64,000 bases of DNA from Deltaproteobacteria bacterium (GTDB lineage Bacteria > Desulfobacterota > Dissulfuribacteria > Dissulfuribacterales > QOAL01): the NCBI GenBank assembly GCA_026995935.1, contig JALWNK010000018.1, positions 1,245-65,244 of the forward strand, read 5' to 3'. A program made the position numbers and the translations under genes. This document shows, piece by piece, positions 26,202 to 36,774 of the stretch (positions are counted from its first letter, which is position 1; the number at the start of each line of letters is the position of its first letter). The notes beneath the pieces were generated by a model. That model saw nothing but the letters and a program-made list of their open reading frames with translations. It searched no databases and was not told where the DNA came from.

Positions 26202-27418
26202 TGGAGCTCAAGGGCCAAAAGAGGCTTTACATAATTGGGTCCCTTTGCCTTTTCCTGGGGCTTTTGACCCTTGTTTTTTCTGTTTTTCACCTTAAGGAAA
26301 AGGAAAGGGGGGTGACACTCAGGCGCCTTTCCCTTTCCGAGATTCCATGTCCCTGCTGCCAGAGGCCTGAAAACATAAGGGAGGGAATTCGCACCTCCAT
26401 CTCTATCCTTTCATCAAGTGATCAGCGTTATTTTCCCCTTTTTGGAAAAAAAATAGACAAAAATAAGCTCATAAACGCCCTAAAGCTTCTTGAAAGACGC
26501 CTTGAGAAGGGATGCGATCTGAGGAGCGCCTTGTTTGGCATTTTTGCACCATTTGAGCTCGTAGAAGGGGGCAAAGAGGGGAGGGGGCTTGTAACAGGCT
26601 ACTTTCAGCCGCGCCTAAAAGGCTCTCTTTTAAGGACCGCCAATTTTTCGGTGCCAGTCCTTGGATGGCCAAGGGACCTGATACAGGTGCGCCTTTGGGA
26701 TTTTGACAACTCTCTTCCCAGAAGAAGCCTTTGGGGAAGACTTGAAAACAAAAGACTTGTCCCCTATTACTCGCGCCTTGAAATAGATAAGAGGCTTAAG
26801 GAGCGACGTGAGTCCATGCCTGTCATTTGCTGGCTAAAGAGCCCGGTGGACCTTCTTGAACTTCAGATCCAAGGCTCTGGCATAATAGAGGCGGGAAATG
26901 AGACGCGCTTTATCCATTACGCAGCAAGTAACGGAAGGCCCTATGTAAGCCTTGGCCGTCTTCTCATAAAGGAGGGAATTTTTTCTAAAAAAGGCCTTGA
27001 CTGGCCTTCCATCAGGAAATGGGCTGAGGAAAACCCAGGGCTTTTTAACAGATTTTTGTCAAAAAATGAGCGCTACGTCTTTTTTAAATGGGAGAAAGAG
27101 GGGCCAGTTGGCTGTTACGGAAGGCTTCTTGTGCCTGGCGTCTCCTCTGCCCTTGATAGACGCGTCTTTCCCCCGGCAGTCCCGCTTCTTGTAAGACTTG
27201 AGCTTCCTGAGACAAGAAAAAGCCCCAAGTGGCTTAAGGGCGGGGTAGCAGAAGAGAAAACCCTTTTTGTCCTTAATCACGACACAGGAAGTGCAATCAA
27301 GGGGCCACTTAGGATGGATCTATATGCTGGAACAGGTGAGGCTGCCGGAGAGCTTGCAGGACACCTTAAAAGCAGGGCCAGGATGATTGTCCTTCTTCCT
27401 GCCAGTTCCCTTAAGTAG
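26198..27418 (+). CDS. mltA: membrane-bound lytic murein transglycosylase A
   Basis: Motifs GYFQP, VPYYSR, LQIQGSG, and 3D-domain block HDTGSAIKGPLRMDLYAGTG. Confidence 0.85.
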   Translation: MMELKGQKRLYIIGSLCLFLGLLTLVFSVFHLKEKERGVTLRRLSLSEIPCPCCQRPENIREGIRTSISILSSSDQRYFPLFGKKIDKNKLINALKLLERRLEKGCDLRSALFGIFAPFELVEGGKEGRGLVTGYFQPRLKGSLLRTANFSVPVLGWPRDLIQVRLWDFDNSLPRRSLWGRLENKRLVPYYSRLEIDKRLKERRESMPVICWLKSPVDLLELQIQGSGIIEAGNETRFIHYAASNGRPYVSLGRLLIKEGIFSKKGLDWPSIRKWAEENPGLFNRFLSKNERYVFFKWEKEGPVGCYGRLLVPGVSSALDRRVFPPAVPLLVRLELPETRKSPKWLKGGVAEEKTLFVLNHDTGSAIKGPLRMDLYAGTGEAAGELAGHLKSRARMIVLLPASSLK

Positions 27419-27423
27419 TGGGG

Positions 27424-28173
27424 CTACTGAATCATTCTCCTTTTTAGCAGGATCACTGCTAGCCAGCTTGATAAGAGGGTAAAACCAAGGATTATCAGAA
27501 GCTCGAGCTCAATGGGCATGGTCTGGTTGAACCTTCCATAGCAAAGCATCCTTGAAAGGTCCACTATGTTTGAAAGCGGAAGGAGCATAAGTACGTTTCT
27601 TAGGGCAGGGGCAACCGCCTTTAAGGAAAAAAATATCCCGGAAAACAAAAAGAGCGGTGTGATTACAAGGGAGGTAAAGTAGTTAAAAAAGTCGTAGTTT
27701 GTTGCAATGGCAGTCATTATGAGGCCAAAGGCAGAAAAGATAATCCCTTCCACAAAAAGGAGAGGAACCATGAGCAGGGCCCAGGTGGAAGGCACAACAC
27801 CAAATAGCGGAAGTGTTGCAAGCATGATGAGCCCTGCAACCAGGCCTTTGGTTGCACCCCAGAGGATCTCTCCAAGGGCAAGCTCAAAGATGGTTATGGG
27901 CGTAATCAGTATGGCCTCAAACGTTCCCTGGGTGGAAAGCCTGGTGTAAGAGCCGTAGGTTGCCTCAAAGGCCGCAGAGTACATGACCGCAGAAGCCACA
28001 AGCCCCGGGGCAATGAACTGGAGATAGCTCATGCCCTCTATCTCCGGGACGGACTTTCCAAGTCCAAAGCCAAAGGCCAGAAGGAAGAGAAAGGGCTGCC
28101 CAAGGTTTCCAATGAGGCTTGCCTGCAGGTGTTTCAGCCATACCTTGAAGTTTCTGTACCAGACCCTGAACAT
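27424..28173 (-). CDS. ABC-2 type exporter permease
   Basis: 249 aa, six hydrophobic segments, ABC-2 architecture, translationally adjacent to the ATPase gene. Confidence 0.85.
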   Translation of the reverse strand: MFRVWYRNFKVWLKHLQASLIGNLGQPFLFLLAFGFGLGKSVPEIEGMSYLQFIAPGLVASAVMYSAAFEATYGSYTRLSTQGTFEAILITPITIFELALGEILWGATKGLVAGLIMLATLPLFGVVPSTWALLMVPLLFVEGIIFSAFGLIMTAIATNYDFFNYFTSLVITPLFLFSGIFFSLKAVAPALRNVLMLLPLSNIVDLSRMLCYGRFNQTMPIELELLIILGFTLLSSWLAVILLKRRMIQ

Positions 28174-28180
28174 GGCCTTC

Positions 28181-29131
28181 TTAGTTCTCCCTGAGCTTTC
28201 GTCCCGTAAGTTTCAAAAAAAGGTCTTCAAGGGTTGCTGGCCTCTTTACCACATGGGGCATGGTGGAGGCTGCCTCATCAAGCTCCCTGCAGCCTGCCTT
28301 TATGTAAACATAGAGCCTGGTTCCAACCCTCTCTGTCTCAACGTTGCACTCCTTTAAGAGCTGGGCCAGTTCATTAAGCCGCTCCTCATCTGCGCTAAAT
28401 TCAATGACCTCCATTCCAAGCATCTTTTCAACTATTTCCCTGGGGTTTCCCCTGGCAATGGCCTTTCCGTTGTCGATTATGATAACCTGGGTGGCAAGCC
28501 GTGACACCTCTTCCATGTAGTGGCTTGTCAGGAGCATGGTGGTGCCGTTTTTCCTTAGGGCCTCAAGCCTTTGCCACATGAGAAGTCGAGCCTGGGGGTC
28601 AAGTCCGATGGTGGGTTCATCCAGAATGAGAAGCTCTGGTTTGTTTATGAGCGCCCTTGCAAGAAGAAGCCGTCTTCTCTGGCCACCGGAGAGGTTCTGG
28701 ATGATCTCGTTTCTCCTGTTTTTAAGGGCAAAAAATTCAAGGAGCTCCTCTGCCCGTTGCCTTGCTACCTTTCTGGGAATCTTGAAATAGTTTGCATAAA
28801 CAAGGAGGTTTTCAAAGATTGTGAGATCCGGGTCCAGGTTATCCATCTGGGGAACAACGCCTATTCGATACTTTACCCGCCTTATGGATTCAGGATAAAG
28901 CTCCCCAAAGACCTCAATTTCACCCTGTGTAGGAATTACAAGGCCAAGGAGTATTCGGATGGTGGTGGTCTTTCCTGCACCGTTTGGTCCAAGAAGGCCA
29001 AGGCAGGTGCCCTTTACAAGCTCTATGTCAATGCCCCTTAGAACAGGCCGTGTACCAAAGTTTTTCCTGAGCCCCTTTATCTTAAGGACAGTTTTTTCCC
29101 GCTCCGGTGAGCGCGCATGAATGTGTTCCAT
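28181..29131 (-). CDS. ABC transporter ATP-binding protein (DrrA/NodI-like)
   Basis: Walker A GPNGAGKTTT, signature LSGGQRRRL, Walker B LLILDEPT. Confidence 0.9.
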   Translation of the reverse strand: MEHIHARSPEREKTVLKIKGLRKNFGTRPVLRGIDIELVKGTCLGLLGPNGAGKTTTIRILLGLVIPTQGEIEVFGELYPESIRRVKYRIGVVPQMDNLDPDLTIFENLLVYANYFKIPRKVARQRAEELLEFFALKNRRNEIIQNLSGGQRRRLLLARALINKPELLILDEPTIGLDPQARLLMWQRLEALRKNGTTMLLTSHYMEEVSRLATQVIIIDNGKAIARGNPREIVEKMLGMEVIEFSADEERLNELAQLLKECNVETERVGTRLYVYIKAGCRELDEAASTMPHVVKRPATLEDLFLKLTGRKLREN

Positions 29132-29133
29132 TG

Positions 29134-30159
29134 CTATTTCCGGCTTCTCATGCGGTTTTCATGGATGACGCTTGCAAGCCTTATGGCAGAGGTCATACTG
29201 GTGTGGTCTGCCTTTCCCTGCCAGGCAATGTCATAGGCAGTTCCATGATCCACAGATGTCCTCACAATGGGAAGGCCGCAGGTTACGTTTACCCCGTCTC
29301 TAAAGTGGATGAGCTTAAAGGGGATGAGCCCCTGGTCGTGGTACATGCAGACGACTGCATCAAATTTCCCCTTTACTGCATGAAAAAAGACCGTATCAGG
29401 CGGAAGGGGACCTACCACCTCCATGCCATCTTTCTGGGCTGCCTGGCACGAAGGTGCAATAATCTCTTCCTCTTCTTCTCCAAACATCCCTCCCTCGCCT
29501 GCATGGGGGTTAAGGCCACAGACTGCAAGGCGCGGTTTCATTATCCCAAGGTCCACCTTCATGGCCTGCCAGGTAAGTCTGATGGTCTTAAGGATATTTT
29601 CAGTGGTAAGGAGCCCGGGAACGCTTTTCAAGGGAACGTGTATGGTTGTAAGGGTCACCTTTAGCCTGCTTCCTGCCATCATCATGAGATAGTCCTTGGT
29701 GCCTGTAAGGCCTGCCAGCATTTCCGTATGACCAGGAAAGGGGACTTCTGCAAGCCTTAGCCCTGTTTTGCTGATGGGGGCCGTTGCCACGGCCCCTGCT
29801 TTCCCTTTCTGGCAAAGCTTAACGGCCTTGAGGATATAGTGGTAGCTTGCCTCACCTGTGGTTTTTGAAGGGGTGCCTGGAGCAAAATCGTCAGGTGAAA
29901 GACTTGTCACATCTAGGCAGTCTATGACGCCCCTTTTGCCCGATAACTTATCACCTGGCTTCCAGGGCCGGATGTGGCAATTTTTTAAACCTATTTTTTT
30001 TGCGCAGAATTTCAGTACCTGTCCATCTCCTACCACTACGCAGGGAATGTCGAGGCCTGGGTCTGAAAGGGCCCTTAACACCACCTCCGGGCCGACACCT
30101 GCCGGGCATCCCATGGTTACGGCAACCGGCAGGCGTGAAACAGGTTTTTCAGTCTGCAT
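29134..30159 (-). CDS. pdxA: 4-hydroxythreonine-4-phosphate dehydrogenase
   Basis: Motifs GHTEMLA, GLNPHAGEGG, YHDQGLIPFK and RTSVDHGTAYDIA. Confidence 0.9.
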   Translation of the reverse strand: MQTEKPVSRLPVAVTMGCPAGVGPEVVLRALSDPGLDIPCVVVGDGQVLKFCAKKIGLKNCHIRPWKPGDKLSGKRGVIDCLDVTSLSPDDFAPGTPSKTTGEASYHYILKAVKLCQKGKAGAVATAPISKTGLRLAEVPFPGHTEMLAGLTGTKDYLMMMAGSRLKVTLTTIHVPLKSVPGLLTTENILKTIRLTWQAMKVDLGIMKPRLAVCGLNPHAGEGGMFGEEEEEIIAPSCQAAQKDGMEVVGPLPPDTVFFHAVKGKFDAVVCMYHDQGLIPFKLIHFRDGVNVTCGLPIVRTSVDHGTAYDIAWQGKADHTSMTSAIRLASVIHENRMRSRK

Positions 30160-30697
30160 CTTCTGCCTTTTCGAGCAGGACCTGGTCCTTGCCGGATATC
30201 TCCTTGAGATAGACGTTGACGTGCTCGTTTCTGGAGGTGGAAAGGGTCACGCCGCAAAAGTCTGGCTGTATGGGAAGCTCCCTTCTTCCCCTGTCAACCA
30301 GTACGGCAAGCTCTATCTTGGCGGGCCTTCCATAGTCTATAACCGCGTCTAGGGCCGCCCTGGTAGTTCTTCCCGTGTAGATGACGTCATCAACCAGGAC
30401 TATGGTCTTTTCATCAATGGAAAAGGGTATTTCCGTCTTTCTGATAATGGGATGCTGGCTCAGGTTGCTCCAGTCGTCCCGGTAGAGGGTTATGTCAAGG
30501 ATGCCCACCTGCGGGGCGCTTCCCTCTATCTCTTCTATCTTTTTCTGAAGCCTGTAGGCAAGGGGCACTCCGCCCGTTCTTATGCCAATGAGGCAGAGGT
30601 TTTCCACACCCTTGTTTCTTTCCACTATCTGGTGGGCCATCCTGCTAAGTGCCCTGTCTATCTCCTTTTCGTCAAGTATTACCCTTGGCCTTTCCAC
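30149..30697 (-). CDS. pyrR: bifunctional pyrimidine operon regulator / uracil phosphoribosyltransferase PyrR
   Basis: 182 aa. PRPP-binding motif VLVDDVIYTGRTTRAAL; N-terminal LSRMAHQIVERN. Confidence 0.9.
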   Translation of the reverse strand: MERPRVILDEKEIDRALSRMAHQIVERNKGVENLCLIGIRTGGVPLAYRLQKKIEEIEGSAPQVGILDITLYRDDWSNLSQHPIIRKTEIPFSIDEKTIVLVDDVIYTGRTTRAALDAVIDYGRPAKIELAVLVDRGRRELPIQPDFCGVTLSTSRNEHVNVYLKEISGKDQVLLEKAEDAD

Positions 30698-30735
30698 AAG
30701 AACTCCTGACTATTTCAAATTATTCAAGTCTGATA

Positions 30736-32394
30736 TCAGCCGTTTGAAGGTATGGCCAACACTTGGCCTATGTACAAACAGTTTGAGCCGAGCCTGTTTA
30801 TGCGTCTTAGGGCAGATACGGAAACGTTGAACCTCCTGGCGATCTCCCAGAGCGTATCCCCTCTGTGTACCACGTATTTTCTGGTCTTTATGGTCCTCTT
30901 ATACCGTTTTTTGTATTTCCTGGCATAGCTGGTGCGGACAGGGATCTTAAGCACCTGGCCCACCCGTATCTTGTTTGAGCGAAGCCTGTTTGCCCTCTTT
31001 ATGGCTTTTACACTTGTGTGAAAGCGTTTTGCAAGAAGGGAAAGGTGTTCCCCCCTTCTTACCCTGTGCTTTACGTACGCACCCCTTTTGGCATAGTGTA
31101 TTCTTCGCCTGTAGGTGGGCTTTGGCGGGGTCCACCTCTTTATCTCGTCAAGCCTTGCCATTAGCACCCGCCTGTATCCCTTGGGAATCTTGAGGTTAAA
31201 GCTGGTGTCCGGGGTTACCCCGTATCTGAGGCTTGGGTTCAGGTCAATAAGGGTTTCTGGTTTGACACCGATTGCAGAGGCGATGTCCGTGAGCTTCATC
31301 TGTTTTTTTACAGTTAAAGTTTCAAATGGGATCGGCGGGTCAGGGTCTCCAAGGTCAAAGCCATATTTGCCAGGATTTTTTATAATAAGGAGTGTGGCAA
31401 TGAACTTTGGAACGTAGCGTGCGGTTTCTCTAGGGAGCATCCTGTAAAGGTCCCAGAAGTTGTCCAGGTAGTTGATTCTTTGTTTATCAATAGCCTTTAG
31501 GACTGTTCTTTCTCCGCAGTTGTAGGCGGCAAGCACCGTGGACCAGTCTCCGAATATTTCGTGCAGTTCCGTAAGATATGCAATGGCAGCCTTTGTCGAC
31601 TTTTCCGGGTCAAGCCTTTCGTCTATCCATACGTTTCTCTTAAGGCCAAACTTGTAGCCTGTTGAGGGGATAAACTGCCAGAGACCAAGGGCCCTTGCCC
31701 GGGAAAGGGCCCTGACCTTGAATCCGCTTTCTATGAGAGGAAGCCAGGAGAGTTCTTCGGGAAGTCCTGCCTTCTTAAGCTGCCTGAGTATCATTGGACG
31801 ATACTTGCCAGAGCGTCTGTATGCAGCCAGGAAAAAGGCCCTGTTCTTTCCCTGAAAGAGCGCGAGTTCCTTTTTCACGTACTCGTTTATTGTCAAGGGT
31901 ATGGGATCATTGAGCCCCTTTGTGGCCCTAAGGCGTGAGGTGTGTATTTCAAGGATCCTTTTGGAGATGAGAAAGCGAAGGTCGTCCTTTTGCTGCTCTA
32001 TGTCAGGGTCTTCATCCTCGTTTTGGACGCTTAGGACAAGGCTGAACGCATCGTCAAGGACCTTTATTGCCCCCTCCTTGTCACCTTCCTCCCAAAGGTC
32101 CTGGGAGAGCTTGCAGAGTTCAAGGGCCATGTCCAGCTTCCCCTGGTCGGAGTCTGGATCAACCTTGGAGGAGTCTATGGGGCAGGTGCCTGCCTCGGGA
32201 AATAGCTCCTCCAGGTCCTTTTTTATCTTCTTGGTTCGTGTTTCAGAATCACGAACCTTGTTGATGGCCTCTTTTTGTACAGGCGAAAGGGATGGAGAGG
32301 AGATATGATTTTGGTTTTTAGGTGCACAACCAGTCAGCAGCAAGCCAACAGTGATAGAGGCAAGAAAAAGAAGACGGATCTTTTTTTGGTACAT
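30736..32394 (-). CDS. lytic transglycosylase (SLT domain) with two C-terminal LysM domains (MltD-like lipoprotein)
   Basis: Lipobox LTGC. SLT block LPLIESGF...ALGLWQFIPSTG. LysM repeats HRVRRGEHLSLLAKRF... and YVVHRGDTLWEIARRF... Confidence 0.85.
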   Translation of the reverse strand: MYQKKIRLLFLASITVGLLLTGCAPKNQNHISSPSLSPVQKEAINKVRDSETRTKKIKKDLEELFPEAGTCPIDSSKVDPDSDQGKLDMALELCKLSQDLWEEGDKEGAIKVLDDAFSLVLSVQNEDEDPDIEQQKDDLRFLISKRILEIHTSRLRATKGLNDPIPLTINEYVKKELALFQGKNRAFFLAAYRRSGKYRPMILRQLKKAGLPEELSWLPLIESGFKVRALSRARALGLWQFIPSTGYKFGLKRNVWIDERLDPEKSTKAAIAYLTELHEIFGDWSTVLAAYNCGERTVLKAIDKQRINYLDNFWDLYRMLPRETARYVPKFIATLLIIKNPGKYGFDLGDPDPPIPFETLTVKKQMKLTDIASAIGVKPETLIDLNPSLRYGVTPDTSFNLKIPKGYRRVLMARLDEIKRWTPPKPTYRRRIHYAKRGAYVKHRVRRGEHLSLLAKRFHTSVKAIKRANRLRSNKIRVGQVLKIPVRTSYARKYKKRYKRTIKTRKYVVHRGDTLWEIARRFNVSVSALRRINRLGSNCLYIGQVLAIPSNG

Positions 32395-32610
32395 AGGGTT
32401 AATGGCCCTCCCTTTAAAACAGTCTGAATTAAGCTCTTATGTGAAGATACAAAGTGGTCTTGGACATCACGCTTGTGGAAAATCAATGATTTATTATGGT
32501 TCTTCAAAAAACAGGAAACTTTCCATGGCAACGAATTATATGCAGCTAGATTACATTACAATCTATGACAAAGTCTTTAAAATTACATGGCGAAAAGGCG
32601 GGTGTCAAAC

Positions 32611-33318
32611 TTATTGATTTATGAAAAGGGGGGGAAGAATCCTTGCCTCCACTCCGCCATTTTTTAGCCCTTCTGCAAGTATGAGCCTTGCCTGGCGCTT
32701 TTCATCCGCGTGAACGAATTGTAGCCTTTTGGGTTCAAGTTTTTCAAGGCTCATGTTTGTTATGAGCTCTGCAGTCCTTTCTGCAGGAAAGACTATGGAA
32801 AACCTGCCCCCAGGTTTTAAAAGAAAGCGGGATATCTTTAAGAGTTCGCCGAGGGTGATGAGTATTTCGTGTCTTGAAAGTGCCTCCTGGGAGTCAAGGC
32901 ATAGCCGTCCTGTCTCTGGCTTCCTGAAGGGTGGATTTGAGACAACGTGATCAAAACTTCCTGCCTTGAAGCGCTCTGGAAGCTCCTTCATATCAAGAAG
33001 AAGGGGGGTAATGTTTGACGTGCGGTTTATCCTGATATTTTCTTCCATAAGTCCAAAGAGAGCCTCCTGTATTTCAACCGCTTTAAAGTGGCTTTCAGGA
33101 AATCTTTTTGCAAGAATAAGGGAGATTATGCCGCAGCCTGCCCCAAGCTCAATAACTTTTGATCCTTTTTTTATCTTTACAAAGTCGGCAAGAAGGAGTG
33201 AGTCCACTGAGAACCTGTAACCGTCCTGCGGCTGCCTGATCTCAAGGCCAAGGTCCTTGGGGGATGTGTAGGCGGGGATTACCCTATGTCTCCTTTTTTC
33301 TTTTCCTGATGAGTCCAT
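32611..33318 (-). CDS. SAM-dependent methyltransferase, tRNA (adenine-N6) TrmN6/YfiC-like
   Basis: SAM motif VIELGAGCGIISL and catalytic SNPPF. Confidence 0.7.
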   Translation of the reverse strand: MDSSGKEKRRHRVIPAYTSPKDLGLEIRQPQDGYRFSVDSLLLADFVKIKKGSKVIELGAGCGIISLILAKRFPESHFKAVEIQEALFGLMEENIRINRTSNITPLLLDMKELPERFKAGSFDHVVSNPPFRKPETGRLCLDSQEALSRHEILITLGELLKISRFLLKPGGRFSIVFPAERTAELITNMSLEKLEPKRLQFVHADEKRQARLILAEGLKNGGVEARILPPLFINQ

Positions 33319-34510
33319 ATTCCTTAAAGGCTATCTCTTTGTCGGTAACAAGCCTTACGGTTTCGCCGCCAGTTGTCATGGGGATATCCTCGCCGCTTTT
33401 TGCATCCTTTATGGAAAGAACGCGGAAGGGCCTGTCAACAAGGCCTTCGTCCATGTATTCAAGTTCGTCCTCAGGCCTGATAACGTAGCTTGCCTTTATG
33501 ATTGGATGTTTGCCTCCCTTAATGACAACTCCTACGGGTATGAAGAGCTGGGGTACCTTGTGGCCCTGGTAGATCATGTCCCTTCTTTCTGGGGTGGATG
33601 AAAAGAAATTTTCCGTAAAACCCCTGGATGTCATGCCCATTAGCTCCTTCATGAGCCTTTTTCTGGAAAAGCCAGGGGGCCTTTTCCCCATGGCCTCATC
33701 AAGGGCCGCCCTGTAGGCCCGGACAACCGTTGCCACATAGAGTTTGCCCTTCATCCTGCCCTCTATCTTCAGGGAATCGACCCCTGCATCAATAAGCTCG
33801 TTAAGCCTGTTTATAAAGCACAGGTCCTTGGAGTTGAAGATGTAAAGTCCCTTCTCATCCTCTTCAACAGGAAAGAACTCTCCAGGCCTTTTTTCTTCCT
33901 GGAGTGCATAGGAATATCTGCACGGGTGGGCGCAAAGGCCCTGGTTGGCCTCCCTGCCTGTAAGATAGAGGCTCAACATGCACCTTCCAGAATAGGCAAT
34001 GCAAAGGGCGCCGTGTACAAAGACCTCAAGCTCTACCTGGCCTGCGCGCCTTCGTATGGTCTCTATCTCGCTAAGGCTGAGCTCTCGTGCCAGATTTATT
34101 CTCTTTATGCCCTGTTTCTGCCAGAAGAGGGCAGCGCCATAGTTTAAGGTGTTTGCCTGGGTGGAAAGGTGAATTGGTATTTCAGGTGCATGCTCCTTGG
34201 CAAGGGCGATTACGCCAGGATCACTTATTATCAGTGCGTCCGGGCCTATTTCTGAAAGGAGGCAGAGAAAGCCTGGAAGCCTTTCGATGTCCCTGTTTCT
34301 TGCAAATATGTTTACAGTAACGTAGGATTTAACCCCGCGTTTTCTTGCATAGGTGACTGCCTCTGAAAGTTCGTTTTCATCCAGGTTTCCTGCCTTGGCC
34401 CTGAGGCTGAAGTCCTTTGCCCCGAAATAGACTGCGTCTGCTCCGTAGGCTATTGCAACTTTTAGCTTCTCTAAGCTTCCGGCAGGGGCAAGGAGCTCAC
34501 ACGTCTTCAT
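33284..34510 (-). CDS. U32-family peptidase
   Basis: Blocks ELLAPAGS and E-x-FVHGALCIAYSGRCMLS. ATG at 34510 (MKTCELLAPAG) is preferred over the ORF track start 34522, which overlaps ftsK. Confidence 0.85.
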   Translation of the reverse strand: MKTCELLAPAGSLEKLKVAIAYGADAVYFGAKDFSLRAKAGNLDENELSEAVTYARKRGVKSYVTVNIFARNRDIERLPGFLCLLSEIGPDALIISDPGVIALAKEHAPEIPIHLSTQANTLNYGAALFWQKQGIKRINLARELSLSEIETIRRRAGQVELEVFVHGALCIAYSGRCMLSLYLTGREANQGLCAHPCRYSYALQEEKRPGEFFPVEEDEKGLYIFNSKDLCFINRLNELIDAGVDSLKIEGRMKGKLYVATVVRAYRAALDEAMGKRPPGFSRKRLMKELMGMTSRGFTENFFSSTPERRDMIYQGHKVPQLFIPVGVVIKGGKHPIIKASYVIRPEDELEYMDEGLVDRPFRVLSIKDAKSGEDIPMTTGGETVRLVTDKEIAFKEYGLIRKRKKET

Positions 34511-36653
34511 AGCCCCTTGCAATAACCTGACGTCTTCCCATGGTGTCTGTGGGGGTTACTATGCCGTCGCGCTCCATCTGCTCTATCATCCTTGCCGCCC
34601 GGTTGTAGCCCACTCTAAGTCTTCTTTGCAGGCCAGAGATGGAGGCTTGGCCAGTGGATGTTACTATCTCAACTGCCTCGTCATACTTTTCGTCGTAGAA
34701 ATCACCTGAGCCATCTCCTTCTTCAGAAGCCTCCTCAGGGCCTGGTTCAACAACAGAAAGGTCGTAATCAGGCTCACCCTGGGCCTTAAGGAATTCAACC
34801 ACCTTGATTATCTCCGCTTCTGAAACAAAGGCCCCGTGTATGCGCTCCAGATTTGATGTCCCAGGGGGTAGAAAGAGCATGTCCCCATTTCCAAGGAGCC
34901 TTTCAGCCCCCATTGTGTCAAGGATGGTTCTGGAATCCACCTTGGAAGAGACCTTGAAGGATATGCGGGCCGGAAAGTTCGCCTTTATGAGGCCGGTGAG
35001 TACGTCCACAGATGGGCGCTGAGTGGCTATGATTATGTGCATGCCGGCTGCCCTTGCCATCTGGGCAAGGCGGGCAATGGATGCTTCAACTTCTTTTGAG
35101 GAGACCATCATGAGATCTGCAAGCTCATCGATTATTACAACCAGGTAGGGAAGGGGCTCTTCTGCCTGTTTGTTGTAGCCAGATACGTTTCTGGCATGGG
35201 CCTCTTCAAGAAGCTGGTACCTGCGCTCCATTTCCATTACGGCCCACCTCAGCGCACGGGTGGCCTCTTTTGGTTCGCTCACCACCGGGTGTATGAGGTG
35301 GGGGATTCCGTCGTAGAGGGAAAGCTCAATGCGCTTTGGATCAATCATCAAAAGACGCAGCTTGTCCGGGCCTAGCCTGTAGAGAAGGGAGCATATCATG
35401 CTGTTTAGGCCAACGCTCTTTCCGGTTCCTGTGGCCCCTGCTATGAGAAGGTGCGGCATGCGGGCTAGATCCGTCACAACAGGCTGCCCTACTATGTCTT
35501 GCCCAAGGGCAAGAAGGAGCTCTCCCTTTCCCTTCTGGAATACGTCGGCAGAAAGAATCTGTCTGAGATACACGGTCTGCCTCCTAGGGTTGGCAAGCTC
35601 AATTCCGATAACCGCCTTACCAGGAATTGGGGCAACTATCCTTACGCTTCTGGTCTTAAGGGCAAGGGCAAGGTCGTCAGCAAGGGAGGCCACCTTGTTG
35701 ATCTTTACACCTGGGGCAGGGGAAAACTCATACATAGTGACTACGGGGCCTGGACATATCTCAACCACCCGGCCCGACACGCCAAAGTCCTTTAGCTTCT
35801 GCTCAAGCACCTTGGAGTTTTCAATGTATTCTTCCTTGTCTATCCTTATTTCCTCATCTGGTGGCTCCTGCAGGAAGGTGAGGGGAGGGCGGACAAAGTC
35901 CCCCTTTACCGGTGTGACCTGAAAATCTTCCATCTCTTCAGAAGGCTTTTCTTGAGCTGGTTTCTTTTTTTCCACAATTACCGGCTCAACTATGTCTGGT
36001 TCTTTTTCCGCCTTTTGTATTGGCTTGTGCCTTTTACCCTCCTCTTGAAGAGCGTCCCTGCGCTTTTTCCTGAAAAGGGATGAAACTTTGTCAAGAAGGA
36101 TGGATAAGGAAAAGGGGGTAGCAACCACAAGACCTACCAGAAAGAGGAGAATGCCAAAGAGAAATGCCCCGCCAGTTCCGAACCAGTCCCTGAGGCTCTG
36201 GGCAAGTGCAGCCCCTACTATTCCGCCCATCATCTTGGATGGCTCAATGAGCCACAAGAGTATGCAGGAGCTTAAAAGAATGAGGATGCTGCCTGAAATG
36301 AGATGTACTGCCCTTCTGTTCCAGATGCGGCCCTTAATTAGTGAGACAAGGCCGATCACCAGGATTGGGACAAAAAGCCATGAGGCGAGGCCAAAGGCAG
36401 ACATTAGAAGGTCAGAAAATGCAGCACCTGCAGGCCCCATCCAGTTCCTTGCCTTTTCCGCCCCAAGGTGATTGAGGCTTGGATCGGTTGGGTTGTAGCT
36501 TAACAGGGAGGCGGTAACGAAAATCACCACGCCAAGTAGGAGAACAAACCCAACTTCTCTTGAAAAGGATATCCTTTCTCCTTCGTTTCTTTTTTCTTTT
36601 TCTTTCTTTGTCATAATTTCTTGCAATATCCTGACAATGTAACCAAAATTCAC
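34497..36653 (-). CDS. ftsK: DNA translocase FtsK/SpoIIIE
   Basis: 718 aa. N-terminal TM segments, Walker A GATGTGKS, and C-terminal winged-helix gamma domain LQRRLRVGYNRAARMIEQME. ATG at 36614 is an alternative start. Confidence 0.9.
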   Translation of the reverse strand: MNFGYIVRILQEIMTKKEKEKRNEGERISFSREVGFVLLLGVVIFVTASLLSYNPTDPSLNHLGAEKARNWMGPAGAAFSDLLMSAFGLASWLFVPILVIGLVSLIKGRIWNRRAVHLISGSILILLSSCILLWLIEPSKMMGGIVGAALAQSLRDWFGTGGAFLFGILLFLVGLVVATPFSLSILLDKVSSLFRKKRRDALQEEGKRHKPIQKAEKEPDIVEPVIVEKKKPAQEKPSEEMEDFQVTPVKGDFVRPPLTFLQEPPDEEIRIDKEEYIENSKVLEQKLKDFGVSGRVVEICPGPVVTMYEFSPAPGVKINKVASLADDLALALKTRSVRIVAPIPGKAVIGIELANPRRQTVYLRQILSADVFQKGKGELLLALGQDIVGQPVVTDLARMPHLLIAGATGTGKSVGLNSMICSLLYRLGPDKLRLLMIDPKRIELSLYDGIPHLIHPVVSEPKEATRALRWAVMEMERRYQLLEEAHARNVSGYNKQAEEPLPYLVVIIDELADLMMVSSKEVEASIARLAQMARAAGMHIIIATQRPSVDVLTGLIKANFPARISFKVSSKVDSRTILDTMGAERLLGNGDMLFLPPGTSNLERIHGAFVSEAEIIKVVEFLKAQGEPDYDLSVVEPGPEEASEEGDGSGDFYDEKYDEAVEIVTSTGQASISGLQRRLRVGYNRAARMIEQMERDGIVTPTDTMGRRQVIARGYEDV

Positions 36654-36694
36654 GTTCTTACAAGTTCATGTCCCCTCTTAAAGAACAAACCAGT

Positions 36695-36707
36695 TTCATT
36701 CGATGAA
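36695..36707. promoter_or_regulatory. palindrome TTCAT-TCG-ATGAA (copy 1) in the ftsK / EPS-regulator divergent region
   Basis: TTCATTCGATGAA read directly. Confidence 0.3.
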
Positions 36708-36774
36708 GGTACAAAGGCCAGGTGGCTTAAAAATCAGGTTGAAAGCCTACCACTCATGGTTTAAAATGAAGTCG